Program-made: the position numbers and the translations under genes
DNA from: Myxococcota bacterium
GTDB lineage: Bacteria > Myxococcota_A > UBA796 > UBA2385
DNA: 64,000 nucleotides
Assembly: GCA_044344255.1 (NCBI GenBank)
Contig: JBIJDH010000013.1
Location: 32,001 to 96,000, forward strand
Direction of reading: 5' to 3'
Shown: in pieces, positions 37,324 to 46,525 of the stretch
Layout: each line of letters starts with the position of its first letter
How positions within the stretch are numbered: position 1 is the stretch's first letter
The notes under the pieces: generated by a model
What the model was told of the DNA's origin: nothing
Databases searched by the model: none
The model's input: only the letters and a program-made list of their open reading frames with translations

Positions 37324-39915
37324 ATGAGCAACGCCGCCGACACCCCGATGATGCGGCAATACCTGGAGATCAAGGCCCAGGCGCCGGACGCGCTCCTGCT
37401 CTACCGGATGGGCGACTTCTACGAGTGTTTCTTCGAGGACGCCCGCGAGGCCGCCGAGCTGCTGGGCCTCACGCTCACCTCGCGGAACAAGAACGACCCC
37501 GACCCCATCCCCATGGCCGGCGTGCCCTACCACGCCCTCGAGGGCTACCTCTCGCAGCTCATCGAGGCGGGTCGCAAGGTGGCGATCGCCGAGCAGTCGA
37601 GCAGCGGCCTCGACGGGGAGGGGAAGAAGCTCCTCGATCGGCGCCTCGTCCGCGTCGTGACGGCCGGCATGCCCTGGGACCCCGCCGCCCTCGACGCCCG
37701 GGAGGGCTGCTACCTCGCCGGCCTAAGCGGCGCCGAGGGCGGGCCCGTCGGCCTCGCCTTCCTCGACATCTCCACCGGCGACCTGCGCCTCACCGAGGTC
37801 GCCAGCCTGGAGGCCGCGGCGGCGGAGCTGCAGCGCATGGAGGCGCGGGAGGTGGTGCTGCACCCCGCCCTCTCCGCCGCAGGGGCCCTCCAGCCCGGGC
37901 TCCAGGGGCGCTCGCTCCACAAGGCGGAGGCCAGCCTCTTCGACGAGCGCGCGGCCCGCCGCGGCCTCACCCGTCAGCTCGAGGTGGCCGACCTCGACGG
38001 CTTCGGCGCCGAGGCCCTCGGGCCCGCGCTCGGGGCCGCCTGGGCCGCGCTGTCTTACGCCCGCGACACCGCGCGCCTGCAGGTGGGGCACCTCCGGCGC
38101 CTCGTCGTCTACAAGGCCGACGGCGAGATGGTCCTCGACGAGGCCACCCGCCGCAACCTCGAGCTCTTGCGCCCGCTCCGGGGCACGGGGCGCCGCGGCA
38201 CCCTGATCGGCCTCCTCGACCGCAGCCAGTGCCCGATGGGCGCCCGCCTGCTCCGGGACTGGCTCAGCCGGCCCCTCGTCGAGCTCGAGGCGATCCACGA
38301 GCGGCAGGAGGCCGTCGCCGCCCTGCTCGACCCTCCGCTGCGCAGCGGGATCCGCGACGCGCTCCGCCGGGTGGCAGACATCGAGCGCCTCACGGGCAAG
38401 GCGGTGCAGTCCACCGCCAACGCCCGCGACCTCGTCGCCCTCGCCGCCTCGATCGAGGCCCTGCCTGGGGTGGTGGTGCCGCTGGCCGGCCTCCCCGCGA
38501 TGGCCGGGCACCTCCCCACCGACCTCTGCGCCGACGTCGCCCGCACCGTCACGGCCTGGCTCGAAGACGAGCCCCCCGCCTCGCTCACCGACGGCGGCCT
38601 CATCCGCCCCGGCGTGCACCCCGAGCTCGACCAGCTCCGCGACACCGGCGTCGAGGGCCGCGGCGCCATCGCCGCCATCGAGGAGCGCGAGCGGCGCCGC
38701 ACGGGCATCAGCTCGCTCAAGGTGAAGCACAACCGCATCTCCGGCTTCTTCCTCGAGGTCACCCAGGCCAACCAGGACAAGGTGCCGAAGGACTGGCACC
38801 TCAAGCAGCAGCTCTCGGGCGCCTTCCGCTTCATCACGCCGGAGCTCAAGGAGTACGAGGAGCGGGTGCTCGGCGCCGATGACAAGCGAAAGGCCCTCGA
38901 GTACGAGCTCTTCTGCGAGCTGCGCGGCCGGGTGGCCGCCGAGTGTGACCGCCTCTTCACGCTCGCGCGGGCCGTCGCCTGGATCGACGTCATCGCCGCC
39001 CTGGCCGAGGTGGCGGTGAGCCAGCGCTTCGTGCGCCCCCTCGTCGATGACAGCGGCGTGATCGAGATCACAGACGGGCGGCACCCCGTCGTCGAAGCCA
39101 GCCTCACCGGCGAGCGCTTCGTGCCGAGCTCGCTCCGCCTCGACCCCGAGCGCCGCTTGATCATCCTCACCGGCCCCAACATGGCCGGGAAGTCGACCGT
39201 CATGCGGCAGGTGGCCCTCATCACCCTGCTCGCCCAGATGGGGAGCTTCGTGCCCGCGGCGGCCGCCCGCGTCGGCCTCTGCGATCGGGTCTTCGTGCGG
39301 GTGGGCGCCAGCGACGATCTCGCCTCGGGGCGCAGCACCTTCATGGTGGAGATGAGCGAGACCGCCTGGATCCTCAACCAAGCGACCCACCGCTCCCTCA
39401 TCCTCCTGGACGAGATCGGCCGCGGAACGAGCACCTACGACGGGCTCGCCATCGCCTGGTCGGTGGCGGAGGCGGTGGCCGACAAGCTGCGGGCCCGGGC
39501 GGTCTTCGCCACGCATTACCACGAGCTCATCGGCCTCGCTGACGAGCGCCGGAGCGTGGTGAACCGCCACGTCGCCGTGAGCGAGTGGGGCGACAAGATC
39601 GTCTTCTTACGCGCGCTCAAGGAGGGTGGGGCCAGCCGCAGCTACGGCATCCAGTGCGCCCGCCTCGCCGGGATGCCGGTGGGCGTGGTGGACCGCGCCC
39701 GCGAGCTGCTCGTGGAGCTCGAGCGGCGGCCGAAGCACGGCCCGCCCACCCGCCAGCTCTCGCTCTTCGCGCCGGCCCCGCCGCCCCCGCCACCGCCCGA
39801 TCCGGTCGCCGACGCGCTGCGGGCGGCCGTCGTCGCCCTCCGCCCCGACGAGCTCAGCCCGCGCGAGGCCCTCCAGGCCCTCTACACCCTCAAGGCCCTC
39901 GCCGAGGGGAGCTGA
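37324..39915 (+). CDS. mutS: DNA mismatch repair protein MutS
   Basis: TPMMRQY, RMGDFYE, TGPNMAGKS, STFMVEM, DEIGRGTST, FATHYHEL, SYGIQCARLAG; clamp-binding-like QLSLF. Confidence 0.98.
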   Translation: MSNAADTPMMRQYLEIKAQAPDALLLYRMGDFYECFFEDAREAAELLGLTLTSRNKNDPDPIPMAGVPYHALEGYLSQLIEAGRKVAIAEQSSSGLDGEGKKLLDRRLVRVVTAGMPWDPAALDAREGCYLAGLSGAEGGPVGLAFLDISTGDLRLTEVASLEAAAAELQRMEAREVVLHPALSAAGALQPGLQGRSLHKAEASLFDERAARRGLTRQLEVADLDGFGAEALGPALGAAWAALSYARDTARLQVGHLRRLVVYKADGEMVLDEATRRNLELLRPLRGTGRRGTLIGLLDRSQCPMGARLLRDWLSRPLVELEAIHERQEAVAALLDPPLRSGIRDALRRVADIERLTGKAVQSTANARDLVALAASIEALPGVVVPLAGLPAMAGHLPTDLCADVARTVTAWLEDEPPASLTDGGLIRPGVHPELDQLRDTGVEGRGAIAAIEERERRRTGISSLKVKHNRISGFFLEVTQANQDKVPKDWHLKQQLSGAFRFITPELKEYEERVLGADDKRKALEYELFCELRGRVAAECDRLFTLARAVAWIDVIAALAEVAVSQRFVRPLVDDSGVIEITDGRHPVVEASLTGERFVPSSLRLDPERRLIILTGPNMAGKSTVMRQVALITLLAQMGSFVPAAAARVGLCDRVFVRVGASDDLASGRSTFMVEMSETAWILNQATHRSLILLDEIGRGTSTYDGLAIAWSVAEAVADKLRARAVFATHYHELIGLADERRSVVNRHVAVSEWGDKIVFLRALKEGGASRSYGIQCARLAGMPVGVVDRARELLVELERRPKHGPPTRQLSLFAPAPPPPPPPDPVADALRAAVVALRPDELSPREALQALYTLKALAEGS

Positions 39916-39917
39916 CG

Positions 39918-41090
39918 GTGCGGCGCCTCGCCCTGCTGCTCGCGCTCCTCCTGCTCGCGGCCCGGAGCCCCGCGGCCGAGGCCGCCACCCTCGAGCAGAT
40001 CCGCGTCTTCGCGGGGGCCCACCACGCCCGCGTGCTGCTGGTCACCCGCGGCGTGGCCGCTGGCCTCGACCCGCGCGCCTCTCCGGCGATGGGGGCGGCG
40101 CCCGCCCGCGGAATCGTCGTGCTGCAGGGCACCACCCTCGGGGGCGCGGTGGCCCACACGATCCCCGTCGAGGAGCACGGCATCCTCCGCCTCCTCGTCG
40201 CCGACACCGCGGCCGGGGCGCAGGTCACCGCCGAGATGGAGGGGGCCCGCGGGGTCCGCGCGACGCCGCTCGGCAAGAACGCGGTGCTCGTCGATCTCAT
40301 CGAGGAGGGCCACCCGGAGGACCCTGGGCTCCCCACCGCCCAGCAGCTCCAGGCCTGGGTGGAGGGCACCGCCCTCGTCCCCGCCGACGCCGCGCCGCCC
40401 CGCACCCGCCGCCTGATCGTCGTCGACGCGGGCCACGGCGGCTTCGACCACGGCGCCGTCGGCACCACCGGCACCCGCGAGGCCGACATCGCGCTCCAGA
40501 TCGCCAAGCGCGCCGCGCTCGGCCTCGAAGAGCGGCTCGGCGCCGAGGTGGTCCTCACCCGCGACACCGACGTCTTCATCCCCCTCCGGGAGCGCGCCGC
40601 CGTCGCCAACCAGCGCGGGGCCGACCTCTTCCTCTCCGTGCACTGCAACGCCGCGCCGGCGCCCACCGCCTGGGGCATCGAGACCTACTCGCTGGACACC
40701 GCCAGCGACGCCGGGGCCGCGCGGGTCGCCGCGCGCGAGAACACGCTCGTACGCGAGGCGGAGGGAGGGGAGGGGACGGCCGACCCGCTGCTCGCCAACC
40801 TGCTCGTCGCCGGCACCAACCAGCTCAGCCGCGACCTCTCCGCCGAGATCCAGACCCACGTCGTCCGCGAGCTCCGCGCCATCTACGGGCCCGAGCAGAT
40901 CCGCGATCTCGGCACGAAGACCGCCCTCTTCTATGTGCTCGTCTCCACCCGGATGCCGGCGGTGCTCTTCGAGACGAGCTTCGTCAGCAACCCCGGAGAC
41001 GAGCGCCGCCTGCGCACCCCGGCCTTCCAAGCCGCTGTCGCCGACGCCCTCGTGGGCGCGGTGGAGCGCTGGTTCGCGCGACAGGGGTGA
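39918..41090 (+). CDS. N-acetylmuramoyl-L-alanine amidase (Amidase_3, AmiC-like)
   Basis: Signal peptide, VVDAGHGG, E..IAL, LTRDTD, FLSVHCNA, MPAVLFETSF. Confidence 0.93.
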   Translation: MRRLALLLALLLLAARSPAAEAATLEQIRVFAGAHHARVLLVTRGVAAGLDPRASPAMGAAPARGIVVLQGTTLGGAVAHTIPVEEHGILRLLVADTAAGAQVTAEMEGARGVRATPLGKNAVLVDLIEEGHPEDPGLPTAQQLQAWVEGTALVPADAAPPRTRRLIVVDAGHGGFDHGAVGTTGTREADIALQIAKRAALGLEERLGAEVVLTRDTDVFIPLRERAAVANQRGADLFLSVHCNAAPAPTAWGIETYSLDTASDAGAARVAARENTLVREAEGGEGTADPLLANLLVAGTNQLSRDLSAEIQTHVVRELRAIYGPEQIRDLGTKTALFYVLVSTRMPAVLFETSFVSNPGDERRLRTPAFQAAVADALVGAVERWFARQG

Positions 41091-41152
41091 GGCTGCTGCG
41101 CACCGACCGCGCTCCCCGCGGTGATCCCCTGGATGACGCGCCGCGACGCGAA

Positions 41153-41174
41153 GTGGTAAGGAAGCGCTTATCAC
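41153..41174. promoter_or_regulatory. Imperfect inverted repeat GTGGTAAG-N6-CTTATCAC, candidate operator
   Basis: 7 of 8 arm positions complementary; 16 nt upstream of the antiporter start. Confidence 0.5.
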
Positions 41175-41190
41175 CATCCCCGGAGCCCCC

Positions 41191-43059
41191 GTGCCCGCCA
41201 TCGCGCTCTTGATGATCCAGATCGGCGTCGTCGTGCTCACCGGGCGTCTGCTCGGCCGAGCGATGCGGCTCCTCGGCCAGCCCTCCGTGATCGCCGAGAT
41301 CGTGGCCGGCATCGTACTCGGCCCCTCTTTGCTCGGCCTGATCTGGCCCGAGGGGATGGCGGCGCTCTTCCCGGCGAGCTCGCTCTCCTCCCTGTCCATC
41401 GTGAGCCAGCTCGGCCTCGTCTTCTTCATGTTCCTCATCGGCCTCGAGTTCGATCCGCGGCTGCTCCAAGGGCGGGGCCACCACTCGATCGCCATCTCCC
41501 ACGCGAGCATCGTCGCCCCCTTCGCGCTCGGCGGCCTGCTCGCCTGGCCGCTGCACGGCGCCTTTGCGCCCGAGGGCGTGCCCTTCCTGCCCTTCGCCCT
41601 CTTCCTCGGCGCGGCGATGAGCGTCACCGCCTTCCCTGTGTTGGCGCGGATCCTCGCCGAGCGGGGCGTGCTCCGCACCCGCGTGGGGGCGATCTCGTTG
41701 TCCTGCGCGGCCGTCGACGACGTCACGGCCTGGTGCATCCTCGCCTTCGTCGTCTCGGTCACCCGCGCCGAAGGGGTGGGCGCGGCGGTGAGGACCACGC
41801 TGCTCGCGCTCACCTTCATCGCCGTCGTGATCTTCGCGGTTCGGCCGCTGCTCCGCCGCCTCGGGCCCCGACAGGGGCAGGCCCTCTCTGCGAACACCGT
41901 CGCGATCGCCTTCCTGCTCGTGTTGGCTGCGGCCACGATCACCGAGCTCATCGGCATCCACGCGCTCTTCGGGGCCTTCCTGCTCGGGGCGGTGATGCCT
42001 CGCGGCGGCGGGCTCAGCCAGGCCATCGCCGAGAAGATGGAGGACTTCGTCACCATCATCCTCATGCCGCTCTTCTTCGCCTACAGCGGCCTCCGCACCA
42101 GCATCGGCCTGCTCGACCAGGCCTCGGACTGGCTCGTCTGCGGGCTGATCATCCTCGTCGCCTGCCTCGGGAAGTTCGGCGGCAGCGCCATCGCCGCCCG
42201 CCTCGTGGGCATGAGCTGGCGTGAGGCCGGCGCCATCGGCATCCTCATGAACACCCGCGGCCTGATGGAGCTCATCGTGCTCAACCTGGGCCTCGACCTC
42301 GGTGTGCTGACGCCGCGCCTCTTCACGATGATGGTGCTGATGGCCCTCGTCACGACCTGGATGACCTCCCCCCTGCTCGAGCGCTTCTTCCCCAGGAAGG
42401 AGATGCTGCGCGGGCTCGCCCCCCCGCCCGGAGAGGGGGCTGCCCCGCCGCCGCCTGCGCCCACCTTGGTCTGTGTCTCCGATCCCGCGCTGGTGCCGGC
42501 GCTGGTGGCCGTGAGCCGTCACCTCGTCACCCCGGGGGAGGCCCTGTTGGCCTTGCACATCGTCCGCTCGGATCGGCCCTCGGCCTACCTCTCGCTGGAG
42601 CACGGCGCGGGGGAGGGCGGGTCGGGTGAGCCCGAGCCCCTCGACCTCCTCCAGGAGCGCGCCGCCGCGCTCGGCCTGCCGGTGCGTCCGCTCTCCTTCG
42701 TCTCCGCGGACCCCGCCCGCGACATCGTCCGCGTCGCTGACGCCAAGGGGGCAGAGCTGGTGCTGCTCGGCGGCCACCGCCCGATCCTCGCCGAGACCGA
42801 GCTCGGCGGCCTCGTGGGCCGGGTGCTGGAGCAGGCCAAGGGAGACGTCGCCGTGCTCGTCGATCGCGGCCTCACCGAGCTCAGCGGCGTGATGGTGCTG
42901 GGAGAGGAGCCGGCCGTGCTCTCGGTGGCGGGCCGCCTCACCGCCGCTGGGCTGCCTCAGGTGCAGGCCTGCGAGCCGGGCGTGTTGGTCGTCGCCACGA
43001 TGGGCGCGGCGGTGCCCGATGACACGACGGTGCTCTTCGTCCGGCCCCGGAGGTCGTGA
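41191..43059 (+). CDS. Cation:proton antiporter (CPA2/CHX-like) with a C-terminal USP-like domain
   Basis: GQPSVIAEIVAGIVLGPS, SVTAFPVLARIL, AAVDDVTAW, LMNTRGLMEL; USP-like VSADPARDIVRVA...LVLLGGH. Confidence 0.92.
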   Translation: MPAIALLMIQIGVVVLTGRLLGRAMRLLGQPSVIAEIVAGIVLGPSLLGLIWPEGMAALFPASSLSSLSIVSQLGLVFFMFLIGLEFDPRLLQGRGHHSIAISHASIVAPFALGGLLAWPLHGAFAPEGVPFLPFALFLGAAMSVTAFPVLARILAERGVLRTRVGAISLSCAAVDDVTAWCILAFVVSVTRAEGVGAAVRTTLLALTFIAVVIFAVRPLLRRLGPRQGQALSANTVAIAFLLVLAAATITELIGIHALFGAFLLGAVMPRGGGLSQAIAEKMEDFVTIILMPLFFAYSGLRTSIGLLDQASDWLVCGLIILVACLGKFGGSAIAARLVGMSWREAGAIGILMNTRGLMELIVLNLGLDLGVLTPRLFTMMVLMALVTTWMTSPLLERFFPRKEMLRGLAPPPGEGAAPPPPAPTLVCVSDPALVPALVAVSRHLVTPGEALLALHIVRSDRPSAYLSLEHGAGEGGSGEPEPLDLLQERAAALGLPVRPLSFVSADPARDIVRVADAKGAELVLLGGHRPILAETELGGLVGRVLEQAKGDVAVLVDRGLTELSGVMVLGEEPAVLSVAGRLTAAGLPQVQACEPGVLVVATMGAAVPDDTTVLFVRPRRS

Positions 43060-43874
43060 TGGTCTTCGGCTCAGCGCTTCGCCTGCTGCGGGTCGACGCG
43101 GGCGCCAGCCTCCGAGAGCTGGCCGCGGCGGTCGGGGTGTCGAGCGCCTACCTGTCGCGGGTGGAGAACGGACACGACCCCGCGCCGACGCCCGACCGCC
43201 TCACCGCGATCGCCGTCGCCCTCGGCCAGCCCCCGGCGCTGCTGGTGGAGCTCGCCGATCGCGTCGAGCCGGCCGTCGCGGGGTACATGTCCAACGTCCC
43301 CGCCGCAAACCGACTCTTCCTGGAGATCGCCCGCCGGGAGCTCACCGCGGCCCAGGTGGGGCGTGTGCTCGCCTTCGTCGAGGCCGAATTCCCCGACGCC
43401 GCCGCGCGGGGTCAGGCCGGACCGACCTTGCACAGCCTGCTCAGCCCCGATCGGGTGATCCTCGGCCTCCGCTGCGCGGCGATGGACGATCTGCTCGACC
43501 TCGCCGCCAGCCGCCTCGCCGGGGCCTGGCCCGGCACCTCCGCCCCCGCCCTGGCCGCCGCGCTCCGCAGCCGCGAGGCCGCCGCGCCCTGCGCCCTCGG
43601 CGGCGCCTTCGCGCTCCCCCACACCGCCCATCCCGGCGGACCGCCCGCCGCCGCGCTCTTCACGCTGGCCAACCCGCTCCCGCCCGGCCCCGACGGTGTC
43701 CCCGTGCGGGTGGTGCTCGTGCTGGCCGGCCTCGGCGACCGCAGCTTGACCCTGCTGCCTCGCGCTGCCCTGCTCGCGCGGGGGCGAGTGGCCCTCGACC
43801 TCGCCGCGGCCACCCACGCCGAGGGCGCGATCCAGGCCCTCCGCGCCGCCGAGCGCTGGAGCGGCGGAGCCTAG
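43056..43874 (+). CDS. XRE-family HTH regulator fused to a PTS EIIA (PtsN/Fru-like) domain
   Basis: FGSALRLLR...SLRELAAAVGVSSAYLSRVENG; C-terminal RE...LGGAFALPH EIIA-like motif. Confidence 0.85.
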   Translation: MMVFGSALRLLRVDAGASLRELAAAVGVSSAYLSRVENGHDPAPTPDRLTAIAVALGQPPALLVELADRVEPAVAGYMSNVPAANRLFLEIARRELTAAQVGRVLAFVEAEFPDAAARGQAGPTLHSLLSPDRVILGLRCAAMDDLLDLAASRLAGAWPGTSAPALAAALRSREAAAPCALGGAFALPHTAHPGGPPAAALFTLANPLPPGPDGVPVRVVLVLAGLGDRSLTLLPRAALLARGRVALDLAAATHAEGAIQALRAAERWSGGA

Positions 43875-43922
43875 GCCGGCCTCATCGAAGAGGGGAGGGT
43901 AGGGGAGGCCGAGGAGGCCCGC

Positions 43923-45434
43923 ATGGTCGACCGACACGCTCCGCGCCCGCTCCGCCGGCCGCTCTACGCTGTGGGCCCCGTCCGGGGCCTGGTCCGCCTC
44001 ATCCCCCTCGTCGGCCTCGGCTGCGCGGGTCCGGACCGGCAGAGCCGCCCGACCGAGGCGGCGATCAGCGCCGGCGGCGGTGAGGACGAGGGCGGAGCAG
44101 CCGATGGGGAGGAGGGTGGGATCGTCGACCACCTCGACGTCGCGGCCCACTGCGGCGAGTCTGACGCCTTCGGCCCGACGTACACCGAGCTGCTCGACCG
44201 CTGGGCGGCCCAGGACGCGCTCGGCGCCGTAGAGGCCTCCCCGCTGCTCTTCGTCGGCAGCTCGACCATCCGCCGCTGGGAGGGCCTCCGCGCGGCATGG
44301 GCCGACGGCTCAGCCCTCCAGCGGGGCTTCGGGGGCGCTCAGCTCGGTGAGGTGGCCCAGCAGGCAGACCGCCTCGTCGTCGCCCACGATCCGCGCGCGA
44401 TCGTCGTCTTCGCCGGGACGAACGACATCGACGCCGGCGTCGTTCCTGAGGTCGTGGTCGAGCGCGCCCGCTGCCTCCGGGCGCGGGTGGGGGTGGGCCT
44501 CGGCGAAGATCGGCCGCTGCTCTTCCTCGGCATCACGCCGAGCCCGGCCCGCTGGACTCAGCTCGCGGCGCAGACCGCGGTCAACGAGGCGGTGGCCGCG
44601 GCCGCCGAGGGGGACGCGGGGCTCGTCTACGTGGACATCCCGGCCGCCTTCCTCGCCACCGGCTCCCCGCCCGAGGCCCGCCTCTACGCGGCCGACGGCC
44701 TCCACTTGAGCGCGGAGGGCTACGCGCTCTTCCAGTCGGTGCTGCGGCCCGCGGTCGAGGCGGCCACGCCCCTCACGGCGCCCGGAGCGCCGGACGCCCG
44801 GGCCCTCGCCGCCGGCACCCGGGTCCTCGTCGATCTCGGGCCCGCCAACGCCGAGGACGGCGAGCTCAGCCCCAGCCCCGACCACCTCGGTCAGCACTGG
44901 AACAACTGGTACAGCATCGAGGGCGACGACGAGGTCGTCGCCGGCGAGCGCCTCGTCAACCTCGTCGACACCAGAGGGGAGGGGACGGGGGTCCACCTCG
45001 TGCTCACCGGCGGCTTCCTGGCCAATGGGCGCTCCAACGGCGGGCTGCTCTGGCCGGACGCAGCGCTGCTCGGCGATCTCGCGGTCGGGAGCGCGACCGG
45101 CGACTTCTTCTTCATCACCGGGGATGACCTCACGGGCGGCCTCCTGCTCGAGGGCCTCGACCCCGCCGCCGCCTACACCCTCCGCTTCTTCGCCGCTCGC
45201 GACGACGCCGAGCGGAGGGTGACCCTGTACACCGTGTCCGGCGCCAGCACGGCCAGCGTGAGCCTCCAGACCTCCGGCCCGGGAGCCGGGGCCGGCAGCG
45301 CCCTCACCAACGACGACACCGTCGCCGCGCTCCCGCACCTCTCCCCCGACCCCTGGGGCCGCCTCTTCATCGACGTCTCGATCGCCGAGGGCGCAACCGG
45401 CTACCTCTCCATCCTCGAGATCACGGTGGAGTAG
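43923..45434 (+). CDS. SGNH/GDSL hydrolase lipoprotein with an extra C-terminal beta-sandwich domain
   Basis: FVGSSTI, RGFGG, AGTND and DGLH blocks; GLGC lipobox-like. Confidence 0.85.
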   Translation: MVDRHAPRPLRRPLYAVGPVRGLVRLIPLVGLGCAGPDRQSRPTEAAISAGGGEDEGGAADGEEGGIVDHLDVAAHCGESDAFGPTYTELLDRWAAQDALGAVEASPLLFVGSSTIRRWEGLRAAWADGSALQRGFGGAQLGEVAQQADRLVVAHDPRAIVVFAGTNDIDAGVVPEVVVERARCLRARVGVGLGEDRPLLFLGITPSPARWTQLAAQTAVNEAVAAAAEGDAGLVYVDIPAAFLATGSPPEARLYAADGLHLSAEGYALFQSVLRPAVEAATPLTAPGAPDARALAAGTRVLVDLGPANAEDGELSPSPDHLGQHWNNWYSIEGDDEVVAGERLVNLVDTRGEGTGVHLVLTGGFLANGRSNGGLLWPDAALLGDLAVGSATGDFFFITGDDLTGGLLLEGLDPAAAYTLRFFAARDDAERRVTLYTVSGASTASVSLQTSGPGAGAGSALTNDDTVAALPHLSPDPWGRLFIDVSIAEGATGYLSILEITVE

Positions 45435-45508
45435 CCCGAGGTCGGGTGGAGGCCCTCGGACCTCATCGGAGTGTGCGAACGTGGCCCCCGCCCACCCGAG
45501 GAGTGACC

Positions 45509-46408
45509 GTGGCCGAGGCAGAACAACGCCAGTGTACCGAGGCCCACGACAGCGCGATCGAGGCCTTCCTCGCCCACTGCCGCGTCGAGCGAGGCTTGGC
45601 GGAGAACTCCCTGCTCGCTTATCAACGCGACCTTGTCGATCTTGCAGACTTCCTGACCCGCAAGTTGGTCCAGTCGCCCGAGGCTGCGCGGCCCGAGCAC
45701 CTCTCGCTCTGGATGGTCGAGCTGGCCGACCGCGGCTTGTCTACCGCCAGCGTCGCCCGCCGGAGGGTCGCCGCCCGCCAGCTCTTCCAATTCCTGCTCG
45801 ACGACGAGCTCATCGACCAGGACCCCACCGCCCGCCTGCTCGGCCCGAGCCGGGGTCGACCGCTGCCGAAGACCCTCAGCGAGTCCGACGTCGACGCCCT
45901 CCTCGCCGCCCCCGACCGCGACACCGCCATCGGCCTCCGCGACGCCGCGATGCTTGAGCTGCTCTACGCCACCGGGCTCCGCGTGAGCGAGCTTGTCAGC
46001 CTACGGCGAGAGCAGCTCCGCGACGGCTGGCTCGAGGTGAGGGGAAAGGGCGGCAAGGAGCGCATCGTCCCCTACGGAGATCAAGCCGGCGCCGTGCTCC
46101 ACGCCTGGCTGAGCCTCACGGAGGCCGACGAGGCCCACCTCTTCCCCACCGACCGCGGCGGGCCGATGACCCGGCAGAATTTCTGGGGCCGCATCACCAC
46201 CTACGCGCGCGCGGCGGGGATCCGGAGCACGGTGTCTCCCCACGTGATCCGCCACGCCTTCGCGACGCACCTCGTCACCCACGGCGCCGACCTCCGCGCC
46301 GTCCAGATGATGCTCGGCCACAGCGACATCTCCACGACGGAGATCTACACGCACGTCGCCAACGAGCGCCTGCGCCAGGTCCACGCCGCCACGCACCCGC
46401 GCGGATAG
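45509..46408 (+). CDS. xerD: Site-specific tyrosine recombinase XerD
   Basis: RGLAENS..AY.RDL, LPKTLSE, RDAAMLELLYATGLRVSEL, MTRQNFW, SPH..RHAFATHL, LGHSDISTT.IYTHV; GAGGAG RBS. Confidence 0.93.
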   Translation: MAEAEQRQCTEAHDSAIEAFLAHCRVERGLAENSLLAYQRDLVDLADFLTRKLVQSPEAARPEHLSLWMVELADRGLSTASVARRRVAARQLFQFLLDDELIDQDPTARLLGPSRGRPLPKTLSESDVDALLAAPDRDTAIGLRDAAMLELLYATGLRVSELVSLRREQLRDGWLEVRGKGGKERIVPYGDQAGAVLHAWLSLTEADEAHLFPTDRGGPMTRQNFWGRITTYARAAGIRSTVSPHVIRHAFATHLVTHGADLRAVQMMLGHSDISTTEIYTHVANERLRQVHAATHPRG

Positions 46409-46525
46409 TCCCGGCGGCTCGTCCGGAGGCCCCTGAATCGATCAGGTGAATCACAGATCGAAAGGCTCGGCGGGCAATTGCTGATGGCCGACCACCAGAT
46501 AGGCTGGCGGCCCACCGGAGATCCC

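Noticed and set aside
45509..46408. Tyrosine recombinase as a prophage or island integrase
   Set aside because: Size and motifs fit housekeeping XerD; no phage or mobility genes or att duplications nearby, and dif is close
46409..46525. Ion-sensing riboswitch (fluoride or nhaA-type) upstream of the channel
   Set aside because: Only scattered partial matches, in the wrong order or on the wrong strand; needs an Rfam covariance search
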